A DNA stretch of 63,582 bases, filler included, from Reticulomyxa filosa (Eukaryota; Protista; Foraminifera), in the NCBI GenBank assembly GCA_000512085.1. It is 10 parts of 10 records of this genome, joined end to end, with 100 filler letters (N's around TTAATTAATTAA, not from the genome) between each part and the next. Parts side by side here need not be neighbours in the genome. Positions count along the whole stretch, not along the records: positions 1 to 22,137 come from ASPP01002699.1; 9 more parts are not named here. One strand, given 5' to 3'. Position numbers and translations under genes: made by a program. Shown one piece after another: positions 1-13,502 of this stretch; the stretch's first letter is position 1, and each line of letters starts with the position of its first letter. The notes under the pieces were generated by a model, which did no database searches, was not told the origin of the DNA, and worked only from the letters and a program-made list of their open reading frames with translations.

Positions 1-642
1 TCTCTCAAAATGACTTGAGTAACAGCAATAGTGTTGCCGAATGAACTAAGATATTAATCTAAAACTTTTGAATGAAAAGCATTGTTTGTAGCCCATAAGA
101 AAATGCAATAGTACAAAAATGAATTTTATCAGATTTTTGCTTATATTAATCGGCCCGAAAAAAAAAAGTAAATAAAAACAATTGGAAGATTGATTTGTGG
201 TAACTCATTGTCAATGAAGCAGTTTGTATTTTTTTTTCAGAGAGTCAGTGAAAATTTCTGTCATAGTTTCTCCAAAGATAATTCATGGTTAGCATGTGTC
301 ACTTGTTGTGTTCAAAAAAAAAAAGTCATCTTTTTATGCAACTTTGTAACGAGAGAATACAAAGATCAAAGTAAAAATTGGAAAAAAATCATTTAAAAAA
401 GTTGGTTAAAAAGAAAGCGCAATTTTTGTAAAACAGCTTATATTTTGCTAAATCAACAATGAAATGATCTTAATGAATTTGTGGCCATATTAACAAAACT
501 AGAACTCTGCATGGGATTAATTATTAATGTAAATCTTTATTGCTTTAATAATTAAGTTATTGAATATTAGTACTAGTGTCCCTCGAATTTTTTAAAACAT
601 ATACATCATAATTTTCTCCTTGTTGTTGGGAACGAGCAAGAT

Positions 643-1741
643 ATGAGCGAAGAAAAAGGAGAAAGTGAAAAAAATGTGGGTTCGGGAAAAGCAAAACGTT
701 CTTCAAATGAGACAACAGTGGCACAAATGAACGAGATTGAAAAATGGTTGCTTGAAAACAACCTGCCAACATTTTTGGAGAAGTTTTTAAAAACGCAAAA
801 CATAAACTCGTTGGGAGACATTTACACATTAGAGCAAGAACGAATTGACGCGATTGTGAAGTTATTGCCACAATATCCAGTCACCAATCAGTTGAAGAAG
901 TCATTATATCGATCTTCAGATCGGGTAATTATGGATGGTACGTCTATTTATTTATAGTTTATTTTCCTTTCTACCCTCTCTAACGAGTTTTCGGTCCACA
1001 CAAAATGTAGGATAAAAATTTTTTTTTTAAAAAAAAGAAATTGAATCCATTTATTCCAAATGGCGATTGGCAACGGAAGAAAACAAACAATTGAAAAAGT
1101 TCAAAGACTTGTTAATCCAACAAGTTGGAGAGCGAAATTCCGTGATAAAAAAATTGCAAGAACAAAATGCAAAACTAACAAAAGACGTATTGCAAGCCAC
1201 GTTGGCATTGACGCAGGTCCAGTTAGATTTAGCCAGACAAGGTGTAATGATTGACTTGGGTCAGAATGCACTGAATTTGTCTGCCCTTTCTGCGCCATCT
1301 CAAGGTGCACAATCTGACGCGAACGCAGCAGACGCAGATGCAGATGCAGAGGCTGAGGCAGAAGTGAACGCAGTTCATCCCAATGCAAGTGCTGGTGAGA
1401 CACAAGTCGACGAAGATGATACGGCCAATGATAATGTCAATGCAAATGCCTCCGCCAATAATGACAATGACAACACTGGTGAAATGAAACAGTGTGATTT
1501 GTGTGAGATAGAATATGACCAAACCATTTGCGTCAGTGATACTTGTCGTCATGTTTTGTGCGTGAATTGCTGCACAAACAGTGTCACTGGGGACATAAGT
1601 AATAATCAACAACCCCAATGTCCAGTGTGCCAAAATGCTGGAAATCACACCAGCATCGCAGCCAGCTCGCAACTTTGGCGGAAATTCATTGACGCTGATG
1701 TATGGGCATTGTTTCAACAATTGTCAGATAATCCTGTTTAA
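643..1741 (+). CDS. SAM-like domain / coiled-coil / C-terminal RING finger protein (2 exons: 643-937, 1038-1741)
   Basis: A GT..AG intron at 938-1037 joins the two ORFs in frame (..MD-E-IESIYSKWRLATEEN..). The N-terminal WLLENNLPTFLEKF..NINSLGDI resembles a SAM domain. The C-terminal CDLC..CRHVLCVNC..CPVC fits a C3HC4 RING spacing. Confidence 0.65.
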
Positions 1742-4700
1742 AATTATAATAATTCTTTAAAAAAATAAACACACGCATAATGCGAATAACAAAATCGTAT
1801 TGTTAGCCAATAACATATGCATTTTTTATGTTAACTATAATAATTTCGATGGTGTTGAAAACTGTTGGATTATTGTATCAATTTTTCAGAAGTGACATTT
1901 TTAATCCAAGCCAAAAAAAATCAAATTGTCCAATATCTTTTTTTAATAAAGTGTAGATACACATAATTAAAACACAGCAAAAAATTAATTAAACAACTAT
2001 AACACTTTTAAAGACTATCAAAAGATTGTACCAAAAAGCAAAATACAAAAAAGTTGTTGTGATAAACAATATAAAATAAACATTTAACATTTCATATGTT
2101 ACTGTAAAATCGATTTCAGTTTTGCAAGTGTGATTTATTACTCTTCTATCAATTGGTGCCATTCAACTTTGAAAAAAAGCCAACTGAATTAATTAAAACA
2201 GAAATTTCAATACAATTATTGTGAACTTGTATTTCTAATAAATCCAACATATGGAAAAACTATATTTCTTGAATGTGGCAAGATAATTATTAAAATTAAA
2301 CACATATTCATTCAATTAATTCAACCTTTTCTTTCGTCGGCAATTGTGTATTTTACTAATTTTTTCAATTACAAATTTGAAAAGTCAATTTTGAACATAA
2401 ATTTCGTTAACAAAAATCATACATTTTTCAAAGGCAAATTCTATAAAAAGTGTATTGCATGTGATGATGTCAAAAGGTATAATTAAATTTTAAACTTGTA
2501 TTTATTAGACGAAAATACGCCCAATTATTGTCCAAGTTAAGGGCATTTCATTTACATGTATATTTTTTTTTCGAAATTATAACAGTTGTTTGGATATAGA
2601 AAAAGATCAACTATTTATATAACATGAACAACACTTTTTTGAATCTTTACAAAATATTATTTATTTTATCTTTCAAAAAAAAATTGATTTTTGGTTTTAT
2701 GATAACATATTTTGCATGACAGAATGATAATCCAATCAAATGATTTGATTATTAGACGAAAAAATTGTAACAATTTACAGTGTACTTTTCAATATTATCA
2801 TCAAGATAAGATTCTGCCAATATATGTGAGTACATTGTTTGAGTATCTGATCGTTTTGCTTGTGCTGTAAGTGTTGAATGAAATATGGACAAAACGGCGG
2901 CTGTTTGTAGAGAAAGATTTTTTTAAGATACCTTGAAATGATTTCATTTTGATCAAAATTCTGTGAAAGAGCGACTACTCAAACTTTGTCAATTCGAACC
3001 ATTACAAAGTTTTTTTGCATATCCATTTACTTGAGTTTAAATTACGAAATAATATTTCATTGTGAGAAAATATTGTTTAATTCAATTAAATCTGTTTTGC
3101 AAAAAAAAAACATGTCATCTATATTATTCTCTTCGATTGGAGACTGTTGTCAATTTTTTGCCATAATTTATTCCAAGATGAATGATATATTGTTACAAAT
3201 ATCGAGTTTTTCATTTTATCATCTTGGATGAAACATTTCTACTTAGAATTTGTCTGAGATGTTTTATCACGATAGCTTTTTCAACACTTGAATCTGTTTT
3301 TAGATGGCCTGTATACTGTACAATAAAAGTAACAACTATTGATTGACTTATATTGATAACTTGATTCCGCTGAAATAATAGCAAATGATATTTGTTTCAT
3401 ATAGAAGCAAATTCGTACATAAAGATTGCACTAATTGAAAAGATCATAGTCAGATAATTTATTTCTTAATTAATTTTTGGATATGCAAAAATTTAAACTC
3501 TCGATCCACATTTTTGATATTGGGAATCAATACACAAATAGCAAAAAAAAGGAAAAATTAGCATTCATAATTTGTCATACTAAAAAAAGTAGTTAATGTT
3601 TCGTTTCTAGCAAGTACGCAATATAGAGTATAATTGACTATAAACATTAGCAAATATCTTAATGACGATCTAAAATGAAAAAACAAGGGATCTCTTCCAA
3701 CGGTAAAATTTTATTTGTTGGAAAAAAAAGAAACAAAAATCGTTTTTAATAAAAAGATTAAAGTTGGTATTTTTTTTGCAAAAAATGTGTTCACTTTCGT
3801 TGGTAACCCCATGTAAAAAAACTTGTTTTTGTTGGGTTTTTTTTGCAATTTGGAAGAAGATATTATTACAGTAAGTTACTAATTTTTTTATGTAAAAGAA
3901 AATATTATAATATTGTCTGGGAATCGGAAAAAGCTTGTGATGCGAACAAGTGATGCATCTCTTGATATACCGTTCCAAGATAAACAAGGTTTTGTGCAAA
4001 GAGAGACATCATTTCATATATCTTTCTTGCTATCTAACCTTTACAATATTTTTTTCAATGTATTGTAATGTGATTTTTTTAAAAAAGAAATTCTGTATGT
4101 TTTTTTTAGGATCCGCTTTCGCGTAGCGCAAAAAATTATTTAGAAATTTAAGGGGATTTGTGCAAAAAAATTTTAAAGAAATGATTTTGTTTTTTAATTT
4201 GTAAACTTGATGGTGAGGGTAAAGTGTAATTTTAATTATTTTTTATGGGAAAATAAATTCTAACATTGATAATTGCAAGCCAACAAATTGTGTGATATCG
4301 GGAAATTCTTTATTGATAACTTTTTGTGTTGTAATCAATTTTCTTATTGCAAAATTTCAAAAAATATATAATTATTTACAAGTTAAAGCTAAGTTTATCG
4401 TTGGTGCATTTTCTTTTTTGATGTGTTTCTTTTGGGTATAAAATTTTGCTTATTCAATAGGTTAATTTTGGAACTATATTAAGACTAAAGATTGATGAGA
4501 TTCGCCTTAAAGTATGTATTTCTTTGAAACTTTGATATTTGTTGCTGCGCAACAGGCCCAATGAAGTGTATTCAGGTTTAGTTTGTTGTGTTCATTTCAG
4601 AGTTTTATGTCGATTTCAACAAATATTGCAGTAAGACTCACTACGCAATAAGAGTTAAAACTGACTCTAAACAATGTTTCGTTTCAACTTTTTTCTTTCG

Positions 4701-4756
4701 TCAAACAAAAATACTATCCGATCAAAGGTTCCATTTTGCTTGAATGCGAATAAAAA

Positions 4757-6794
4757 ATGGATTCCCTTGGGTTTCAACTGAAAGTAAGATGCGTTTATTG
4801 CAAAACTGAGATTGGAAAAGATGATAACTTTTGTCATTCGTGTGGATATTTGCAACTCAACAAATTGTCTCAAAATTCAAACGTCTGCACACAAGATTCA
4901 AACAAGTATCGCAAGGAAGAAATATGTGAAGGAATTATTCACTAAAATCTCTTTTCATGGCGATTTATTGTCACTAGTCACTGTTTAGATTTTTCAATAG
5001 TTTTTTTAGATGGAATATGTACAAATTTCTTGTCAACGTTTGTATTTTAAACAATTTGTTAGTTGCACGAACCGGCTGTTCAAAAAAACAAACAACGGAG
5101 GGAAACTATCAACACGTTACTAAACTATTTTGGCAAACGAAGCAAATTAGAACGAAGTTATTTGGATCAACTCCAAAACCTCCGTCAACAATGTAATCTT
5201 GATAAGAATTTTTCAACAAGGTAATACTTGCTCGCAGATGTTCATTTTAATTTTAAGAAAAGGTTTTGACAAAAAAAAAAACTCGTCGGTACATAACTCC
5301 CTGCGTAACTATTTTCAGTATATGAATCGATCTTTAGAAATGCGATGTAAAGAGATAGAAAGTTACCATCAAACAAAGGTGACATTGAAAAAGCAATTAG
5401 CAGAAATTGACAAAACTATTGACGCTTTCGATGTCAACCACACCAAACAAATGCAGATTTTGGTTGCATCTTACAATGAAATAAAACACGTTGAGTTATA
5501 TACATACAAACGCAAGTTTATTCATTTATTTTTGTGTGACCCTTTTATTTAAATAAGTTAATTTTATTATTGTTAACTTATTGACCATAGAAATTTGATG
5601 AAAAGCAAATCACTGACGATGTGTTTACTTCGTTAAAAACAAACTTTGGGAAAATTGGAACTGCTTTATTTCAACCGAGTTTTCAGTTTGTTTGGAAAAT
5701 GTTTTTAATATATTTTTTGTTTCATGATCAACGAAATAGTCGACAAAAACCTTACCAATAGTTTTTTGCAAATAAAAGTGTCAAACGATCACAAAGACTG
5801 ACAGCACTTTTAACTTCGCAGGTGCTTTGTGAAATCGAGTGTGCTGGAGAAAAAAATCTCCTCGTCAAAGGTATGTATCTTTAAGCAACGACCAATTTCA
5901 AAAACATGACGCAATAAATACATAAATTTTTTTTAAATTTAACATATCAACCCGAAAGAATTTTGGCCCAAAATTCAATGTGTGGACCCTCTCCAAGATC
6001 TGAAACAGTTTAAAATTCAACTTGGTATTACTCCTCGTATAAATTTAGAAAGCTTGGTTGAACAAGCACAAGTTGAGTGAATTCCTTTGCGCTCTTACGT
6101 TACGTTTTTCTTTTTTTTTTAAGTGGTCGATACTCGACTCTTTCTTTTTTTACAAGAAACTCGCCAAAATTGTAACTGCAGAACAGAATCTTAAAATGTT
6201 TGAAAAATATAAAACGGCTTGCTCCTTTTTCTTGAAAAGAAGTTATGTCAAAAAATATGTTGTGTAATACTTTTTTCTTTTGCAAACAATATAAGTTGGA
6301 TTAAATTTGTACAAGAGTTTATGAAATTTGCTACGAACAACAGAAAAATTTAAACAAAAACGCTCGAAATTAATTTTGCAATAAGCTTTACCAGAATTTG
6401 AACGCCAACGTGTTTGGGGACATCACTTACAAAAAGATTTTGTTAACACTTTTGCTGCTTTATTCACTTAACTTGTTAGTCTTATTGACAATGAAAAACT
6501 TTTTAACACGTTGTTGTTTGGTATGTTTTTCTTTGTTCTTTTTTGTGGTGCTCGTCTGAAGACAGATGCTAATTTTATTTACTTCCATCTGTCTAGTTGC
6601 TAACACCACAAGAATAATTGCAATCACCGCACAACGAAAGACAATAATTCATTTGTTTTTGGTTTTAGTGACGCACACATTTATTATTATTATTTTACTT
6701 CGGCTTTTCGCTTAAAAAAGTGCTGTTTTCTATAGAAATGAAACAAGAAGTGCAATCGTATCAGCCGTGTGATTATAATTCAAAAGTTGAGTAA
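4757..6794 (+). CDS. multi-exon protein with N-terminal zinc ribbon and F-BAR/FCH-like helical domain (exon structure approximate)
   Basis: CVYC..NFCHSCG zinc ribbon. Reconstructed exons give WNMYKFLVNLHEPAVQKNKQRRETINTLLNYFGKRSKLERSYLDQLQNL, resembling the FCH motif F..R..(I/L)E..Y...L..L, followed by coiled coil. Last exon EMKQEVQSYQPCDYNSKVE*. Confidence 0.45.
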
Positions 6795-7143
6795 ATTTTT
6801 ATGTTGCTTTTGAAATGATGGCAAGCAAAGGCAATTTACGTCTGAAAAACAATGTTGCTAATTTTCTGCTCTGACTATAAAATTATAAAAGATTTTCTGT
6901 ATGCGATTGTTGATCAAAACTGAAGGAAATCTAAGATTTTGTGATTTGCTTGAATAGATTGAGGCTTAATAAAGGATTGCAACCTGTTTTAAAATTGAAT
7001 TTTTTACATAAACCTTAATTGTTGTTAGCTTGAGTGAATTGTAAAAATTCAAATATCTAATTTAAATTTATTTAACAGTAATTTTACTTCAAATATTTTC
7101 GAATGAACTTCAAGTTTTTTAAAGAGGAAAAAAAAGTTTAATT

Positions 7144-8473
7144 TTAAGGCAAAGATCGCACGTTACTTATTTCGGCTTGAAGTTGTTCTTGTTGATATTT
7201 TTCAAATGACTTAAGCTTTCTTGGTGCCTTATGAAAACGTTGAGGAGTGTTTGAAAAGGGTTTTTGAAAAAGCCAATTTAAGGTGGCATAGCGACGAGGG
7301 GCTTCTCTTTGGGTTTGTCTCAACGTTTCTTGTGCCTTTCATCCAGATTATATATTGTTTAGTAAAGACTGTTAAAGGTAGAAAGTAAAAAAAAGATGAG
7401 AAAAAACGCACCAATTTAGGTGAGGACCATACAATATGTGCATTAGCCTGATTTTGCGAAGGGCTTGTTGGTAGTGTATATTTTGGGTCTAGTGGATTGA
7501 GATGACGATGAGTTCGAAACATTTTTTTAGTCCATGGTTGCGTTCCAGCAATGTCACTGATAAAATTGGGATCTTTTGGATTATCCCGCTTCCATTTGAT
7601 AGGGTTAGCAACTGCCCCTGCAACGTCGTCTGTTTTGAGAGACGTGAATATCTTGTTGTGACCTCGCATTCGTTCCGATTTGTTTGCCCGGGAACCCTCA
7701 ACTGGGCCAATGATATTGACACTAGCAATTGGTTTGGAGCCAATATTCTTTCCACGTGTAAGAGAAGTTTTTCGATAATTATCATATTGATATACCGGTT
7801 CTAGCGGATTTGTGCATCGAGAACTACGAAAATAATTGCATCCATTTTGATCATTATTGATATCACGCACATTCAATGAATTTTTCTGTTCGCATAGCCC
7901 AATTTTTTATTTTTCATTAATTAACAATACAAACAAACTCACTCCATAATATATATGTGGCAAACACATTTTGGGAGGATACACCAAACTAACGTTGGTG
8001 GACCACTTGCGATGGTTCATTTTCCATCCTGGACAAGATCCTTCTATATCCCCATGGTACATGATATTTTTGGATGTCTGACATTGGCTTTGTATTGATT
8101 TTTTAGGCTGGCAGCCCTCAATATCACTTATGTTTAGTGTATTTCGACCAGGTTTTGGAGGAGTGTTCAATCTCTGGTTCAATACACTCAATGGAACACT
8201 CGGATATTGATATACTGGCTCCAAAGGGTTTGTTTGCCGATTGCCAAAATGTCCTTTTGGTTTTGGATGTGCTCCTTCAATATCGCTGATATCATAGGCA
8301 TACTTAGGTTTGTTTGGAAATGATCGGCGCTTTAAGCATATATCGCCGGTCGTGAGGATTCGATTAGGATTTTTTTGCGGAAATTGCAGTGACCCTGTAC
8401 GATCTACTTTCATCACAAGATACTTTTTTATGTCTTTCAGTAATATTAAGATGCTTCCATGTAATACTTCCAA
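7144..8473 (-). CDS. multi-exon repeat protein with alternating (L)xxxDIEG(A/C)xP and TNPL(E/D)PxY motifs; start uncertain
   Basis: ORFs 7907-8473 and 7229-7876 contain DISDIEGAHPK, TNPLEPVYQYP, LNISDIEGCQPK, HGDIEGSCPGW, TNPLEPVYQY, KTDDVAGA, ISDIAGTQP and LNPLDPKY. A last exon ..QAEISNVRSLP* ends at 7144. Confidence 0.7.
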
Positions 8474-9070
8474 CGCCGTAAAAATTATGGTGTCACAGTT
8501 AGCTCATCACTACTTTTACTGGATACTTCATTTAGTACTTGCATTTAAAAGTATACCACTTAGACTCAAGCATTAATTGCAAAATATGGTATTATGATTT
8601 AAATATGCTTATGGTGCACTACCAAAATTAAAATTAAAAAGTAGAATTATTGGAAAGACCAGAAATCATAAACCGATAAAACAAACTACTCACAAAAAAA
8701 ATTTGGCATCGTTATAATTGCATACATGATCAAACATTGTTACTGTAGTCAGACTTTCACCCTCTTTACAAATTCGGGTTTCATTTGTGTTATTATTTTT
8801 AAATCTTTATTACAACTTTCAATAATTTTTGCATACTAGAAAAACAATTTTCAGATAAAACTGAACTAGGCCAAGCTTGTTGCATTGTCTTATGTTAGAA
8901 TTTAGAAGCGAGTATCAAATGCCAAAAAGTCCAAAAAAGATGTGATTTGCTCTTTAAACTACAATAGAAGTAAAAAGGCTAAAAAAAGAGAGTAGTTGAC
9001 GAATGATTTCCACAAGACATTATACGATAAAACAAAGTGCAAGTGACTATTTACTCCTTCATAGGAAAGT

Positions 9071-9821
9071 TTACAGCTTCCCAGCGTTGTGGGACTGAGT
9101 ATCCTTTTTCTCATCATCTTTGAAAAAGTTATCACGCTGAAATTCTTCATAAGGAGATTTGCCCAATGCTTCTTTGCCAATCTCAATGTCTTTGTTGATT
9201 GCAGCTATCAATTGTTCTTATATATACACAAATGCGACACAAGAGGAAAAAAAGGGGTTAATTAATAGTTTCTAAGATAAACCGTTTCTCAAAATGTGCA
9301 AGGAAAAAACAGAGGAAAGAAAAAAATTACCCAAAGAATCAAAGGCATATTGTGGACGAATAAATGCACAAATGAGTACACGCAGTTTGGAATCATAAAA
9401 ATCATCATCAAATTTGTGTAATAAATGGCATTCCTTTTTTTTTTTCCCCCACCCCAGATTGTTTGAAAATAAAAAAATGTATTGAAAGGGTTGGGACGTG
9501 TTGATTTTTTTTTAAGTGGATCAATCAATACAAAAGTATTTAGTTTTAAACTAGTTGCAAATTTTTGTTTTTGAAATGTGGGTTGTGCCCAATGGACAGT
9601 AATGTTTTGTAAACAGGACCGTTGTCCACGCACGCCCATCCAAAATACACCCCTTCACTTAATTTCTGAAATTCGTCGTTGTTTGCATAAGCCTGTGGGT
9701 CCAAGTTAGCTGTCGGTATTCCAATTTGTCTTCCCCTCTGATAGCCTTTCACAATGGCCCCTGCCAAACGCAATGGTTTCAATTTTTCAATACCCTTCCA
9801 ATAGTCTGGCAATCGAGACAT
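9071..9821 (-). CDS. RFK: riboflavin kinase (3 exons: 9821-9552, 9433-9331, 9216-9071)
   Basis: Motifs GxIVKGYQRGRQIGIPTANL, GVYFGWA, SIGHNPHF, ECHLLHKFDDDFYD, FIRPQ..FDSLEQLIAAINKDI. GT-AG introns keep the frame. Confidence 0.93.
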
Positions 9822-12800
9822 TTTTACAAACAACGTATAATTTCAAAATTTGTACAATTTAACCACCTTTCTTTTTTACTACTAGTTCACCATGTTTTTC
9901 TCAAGCTATATTTTCTAATAGATGCACAAATTTTATTCAAAAAATCTAATTAATTTGCATGTATTTGAAAGTATTTCATTAATAACACAGTCGCATGACG
10001 ATTTGAAATAAACAAAACTTCAGTCTTTTTTAACCTAATAATATACGGACATTTTTTGTTTGCATAAAATACATTTTCAGAAAAAATATTTGAAAATTTC
10101 GTAATTAGAAAAATTATTTATGTTCTGAATAGCAAAAGACCGTTAAAATAAATAAGAATTAAATGAAAAAAAGGAAAAAATACAATTAAAAGTAACAATA
10201 ACCATTTGAGAAATAACTGCACTTGAATATTCATAGTAATGGTACTTTGTGGGATCTCATTCTTTTGGCCAGTATTCCTGAATGATGTAAAGTTTTCCAA
10301 CTTCAATAGCAACTCTGGAAGCTTGATAATTCTTATAACTAAATAAATAATAAATACTTGCTTATTTATTTTTATGATATGAAAAAAAAAATTGAATTGT
10401 GTAAGAAAAAGAAATAATTATCAAAGTGTATTGAAGGATAATTTTTTCGGTTGTGCCATTCCGTTGTTCTAGAAAAAAAAAAAAAGAAACCACACCCTTT
10501 TAAAGCACACTTTTGACTGATTTTGTTAACATATTTTTCTGATGGAATTTATAGTGTTCATTTTTTCCTTTAAAGATAGCTCTGTTAAATATGTGTTTGT
10601 TTATTTCTTTTTTTTTAACGAACTTTTTTTTAGTTCAAAATGACAAAAATAGAAATTAAATATCCATATAACAAAAACTCTTTTTCGTACAACCACATTG
10701 TCCATTATTTACCAATTCAGGTATGTTGAAATATATTTACATTCAATGAATGTTGCAATCGCTTGTTTTCTTCTTTCACAATTTTATCGTCAAGTTTGAG
10801 CAAAACAAACAAAAACCCAAAAGAGCAAGCATGTATCAAAGCTTTATAGTTTGTTACGAAAATAAAAAAATTAAACTACACTATATCAAAATAAAATTAA
10901 TAAAAATAATTAATTAAAGCAAAGATAAATAGCCCAATATAATCCAATAAATGAATAAAAAAAGTATTACAAGAGTTTCTCAAAAAGGGCGTGGTTACAG
11001 ATTTTTTATTTTTTTATGTTGAATCATTCGTTTAATTCTTTATTTTCAAATTTTAAAAGAATAATCTTTTCATTCCAGGATCGTCGAAGAAATTTTCTGT
11101 ACAAAGGTATTTTTGATTGTTCAAAGAGACGATCATGGTATTTTTTCTTTAGTTGAAAATATTATTTGTTTAATTTAACAGCAACGTGATATTTACTTTT
11201 TCTTTTCCATAATCCAATTTTTTTTTGTACTTTTGTGCATTATCAATAATATCATTTTATGCTTTTTGGAAGAAATCATAGATGTAATTTTTTGACTTAT
11301 TATTTGGAACAGTTGTGTTGTTTGTAGATCTCAGAAAAATCATTTACAATGATATGAGTTTGTTCTTTATATTCCATAAATGCCATTTAAATCCTTTTAA
11401 ATATTTCATATTCCATATGTGTCCCTTTGGGGGACTTTTGCGTTATTCAAAATCTACTTTGCAACCAAAATGGTAGAAATGATAAATTATCTACAAATAT
11501 GAATGCCAAGTAATATTATGAAAAAAACTGCATAGTACATTGAGATAACCAGACAATTGAATAACTATCTGTTCTTTACAAAATAAATTAAATATTATAT
11601 CAAACAATACATCATTCTACTGATAATTAGATTAACCAAGAGAATCACAAATTGAGATGACAGATAATAATAGAATTTCTTTTACATGAATATATTCACA
11701 CTTTTTTTAGTTGATCAAGACCAAACGTGATAAAGACAACACAGATGCTATTGTAATTAATTCTACTTCTAAAGTTGTGCGCATTAACTTCACAACAACT
11801 GTCTTCACTTTACTGTACAGCTCCATGACAGAAAAAAACTGGAACTACGTTCCCCTACAATTAAAAAAAAACGTCAATTTTTCTTTTGTAATTGCGTTTC
11901 CAAATGGAATAATTATGCAATGAATTAAGCTGGAAAAAGACTACGTATATGACATATAGATTGTTTTTACAAAAAGTTGTATTCGTTTAAAAAACGTTTA
12001 GAAAGGTGGCATATTTTTTTTTTGAAGAATTTTTCTTTATCATGTGAACAATGTTTTTTCCAACTTGGTAGAGTCTCGTGCCCAATGATGTCTGGGAAAA
12101 GTGGATGCAAACACTGCAACATAAGTAAAGGTAACCTTGAACACTCGAAGAATTAAGTACAAAAGTAAAGGAATACTGGAAACATTTGTGAATCGAATAT
12201 TTATATTGGAATTATTGTTAACATTATTTACAGTAATAATGTCAGTATTTCATGTAAATCCTTATTTATTGCGAGTGATAATAGTTAAAAGTGATTAACG
12301 TGCAAACCAACTTGCTGCAATGACAGCCTTTTTAATTGCACGTTATCTTCGGCAACTATTATAGTATTTTGATGGATATTAAGTTCTAATATTGGTTTAC
12401 TTACTACTATTCTAATTCCTTGAATAATTGTCTTAATTGAAGTTATCACTTTCATTTTTGTTGCTTCCATTTGTACTTTATATCATTGGACTGATAATTA
12501 TTTCTCTTTTGTTATGTTCATCAATGTTTATCTTTATTTTGGAATCAACAACAATATTTATATTTATCTGCTTCTAAATTAAAAAATAATGATTAGTCTC
12601 ACAACAATTTGAAAACATTTATCGTTTTCTTTTCAACACTTTCTTGTTATTGATGATGTGAGAAAATATTTGACAAATTAGAAATATATTTTTACAAAAT
12701 ATTCAATTACTTTGTGATACTAAACAAATTAATCAAATATATAATAATCTATTATTCACACAGCGTCTGCTGTAATTTCGCTTTGACCAAAAAAAAAGTT

Positions 12801-13502
12801 TTTTTAAACTGATGATTGATGACCTTTTTTTATTTTGTTTTGTTTTTCTTGTTCGTTTTTTTCTGTTTTTGAAGTTATAAAGTAAATTCTTGTTAGTATT
12901 AAAAAAAAATAACTATTGTTCTATTATATCTTCAAATGTAAACGTGATTTTTTTATTAGGACAGGTTTTTCGCAAATAAAAATTACATAGCTTAAAAAAA
13001 ATTTAAAAATTATATTTTATATACTTTTTTCATTAGCATGATTAAAACATGCTGCCAATGAAAAATATGATTCAACAATAATATGATATTTTATAAATAT
13101 TTTATTTTTTTTTAGAAATAAAGTTATTATAAACAGTTTGTTTTGTTTGAACAGAAAATTTACTGGTTCGTAATTTGAAAAAAGAAATCGAAGTGTGTTT
13201 GCCTTTGACATTGTAAATATTATTTGCAATTGTCATAATTTTTTTAATTTTTTTTAACTTGTTAAACAATGATAAGTGTTATCGGTTTGTCTTCTAAAAA
13301 GAAGATACTTTCTTAAATATGATTATCAACTTTACACATTGCACATAGTCGTCTTCAATGAAGTTTTACTTTTTTTCTAACTTTTATCAAACAAAATTTG
13401 ATCATCACTTAATCTCGTGGAACAACCAAGATTTTGAGCCGTAAAAAAAGCTTTAATTTTTTTGTTCTCCCCAGTAAATCTAAGATATTGACCAAAGTGT
13501 AA

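Noticed and set aside
9071-9085. Riboflavin kinase C-terminal -GKL as a PTS1
   Set aside because: Gly at position -3 is non-canonical and there is no other support.
10700-12500. Possible minus-strand membrane-protein gene
   Set aside because: Only short, stop-interrupted fragments; I could not build a consistent exon model.
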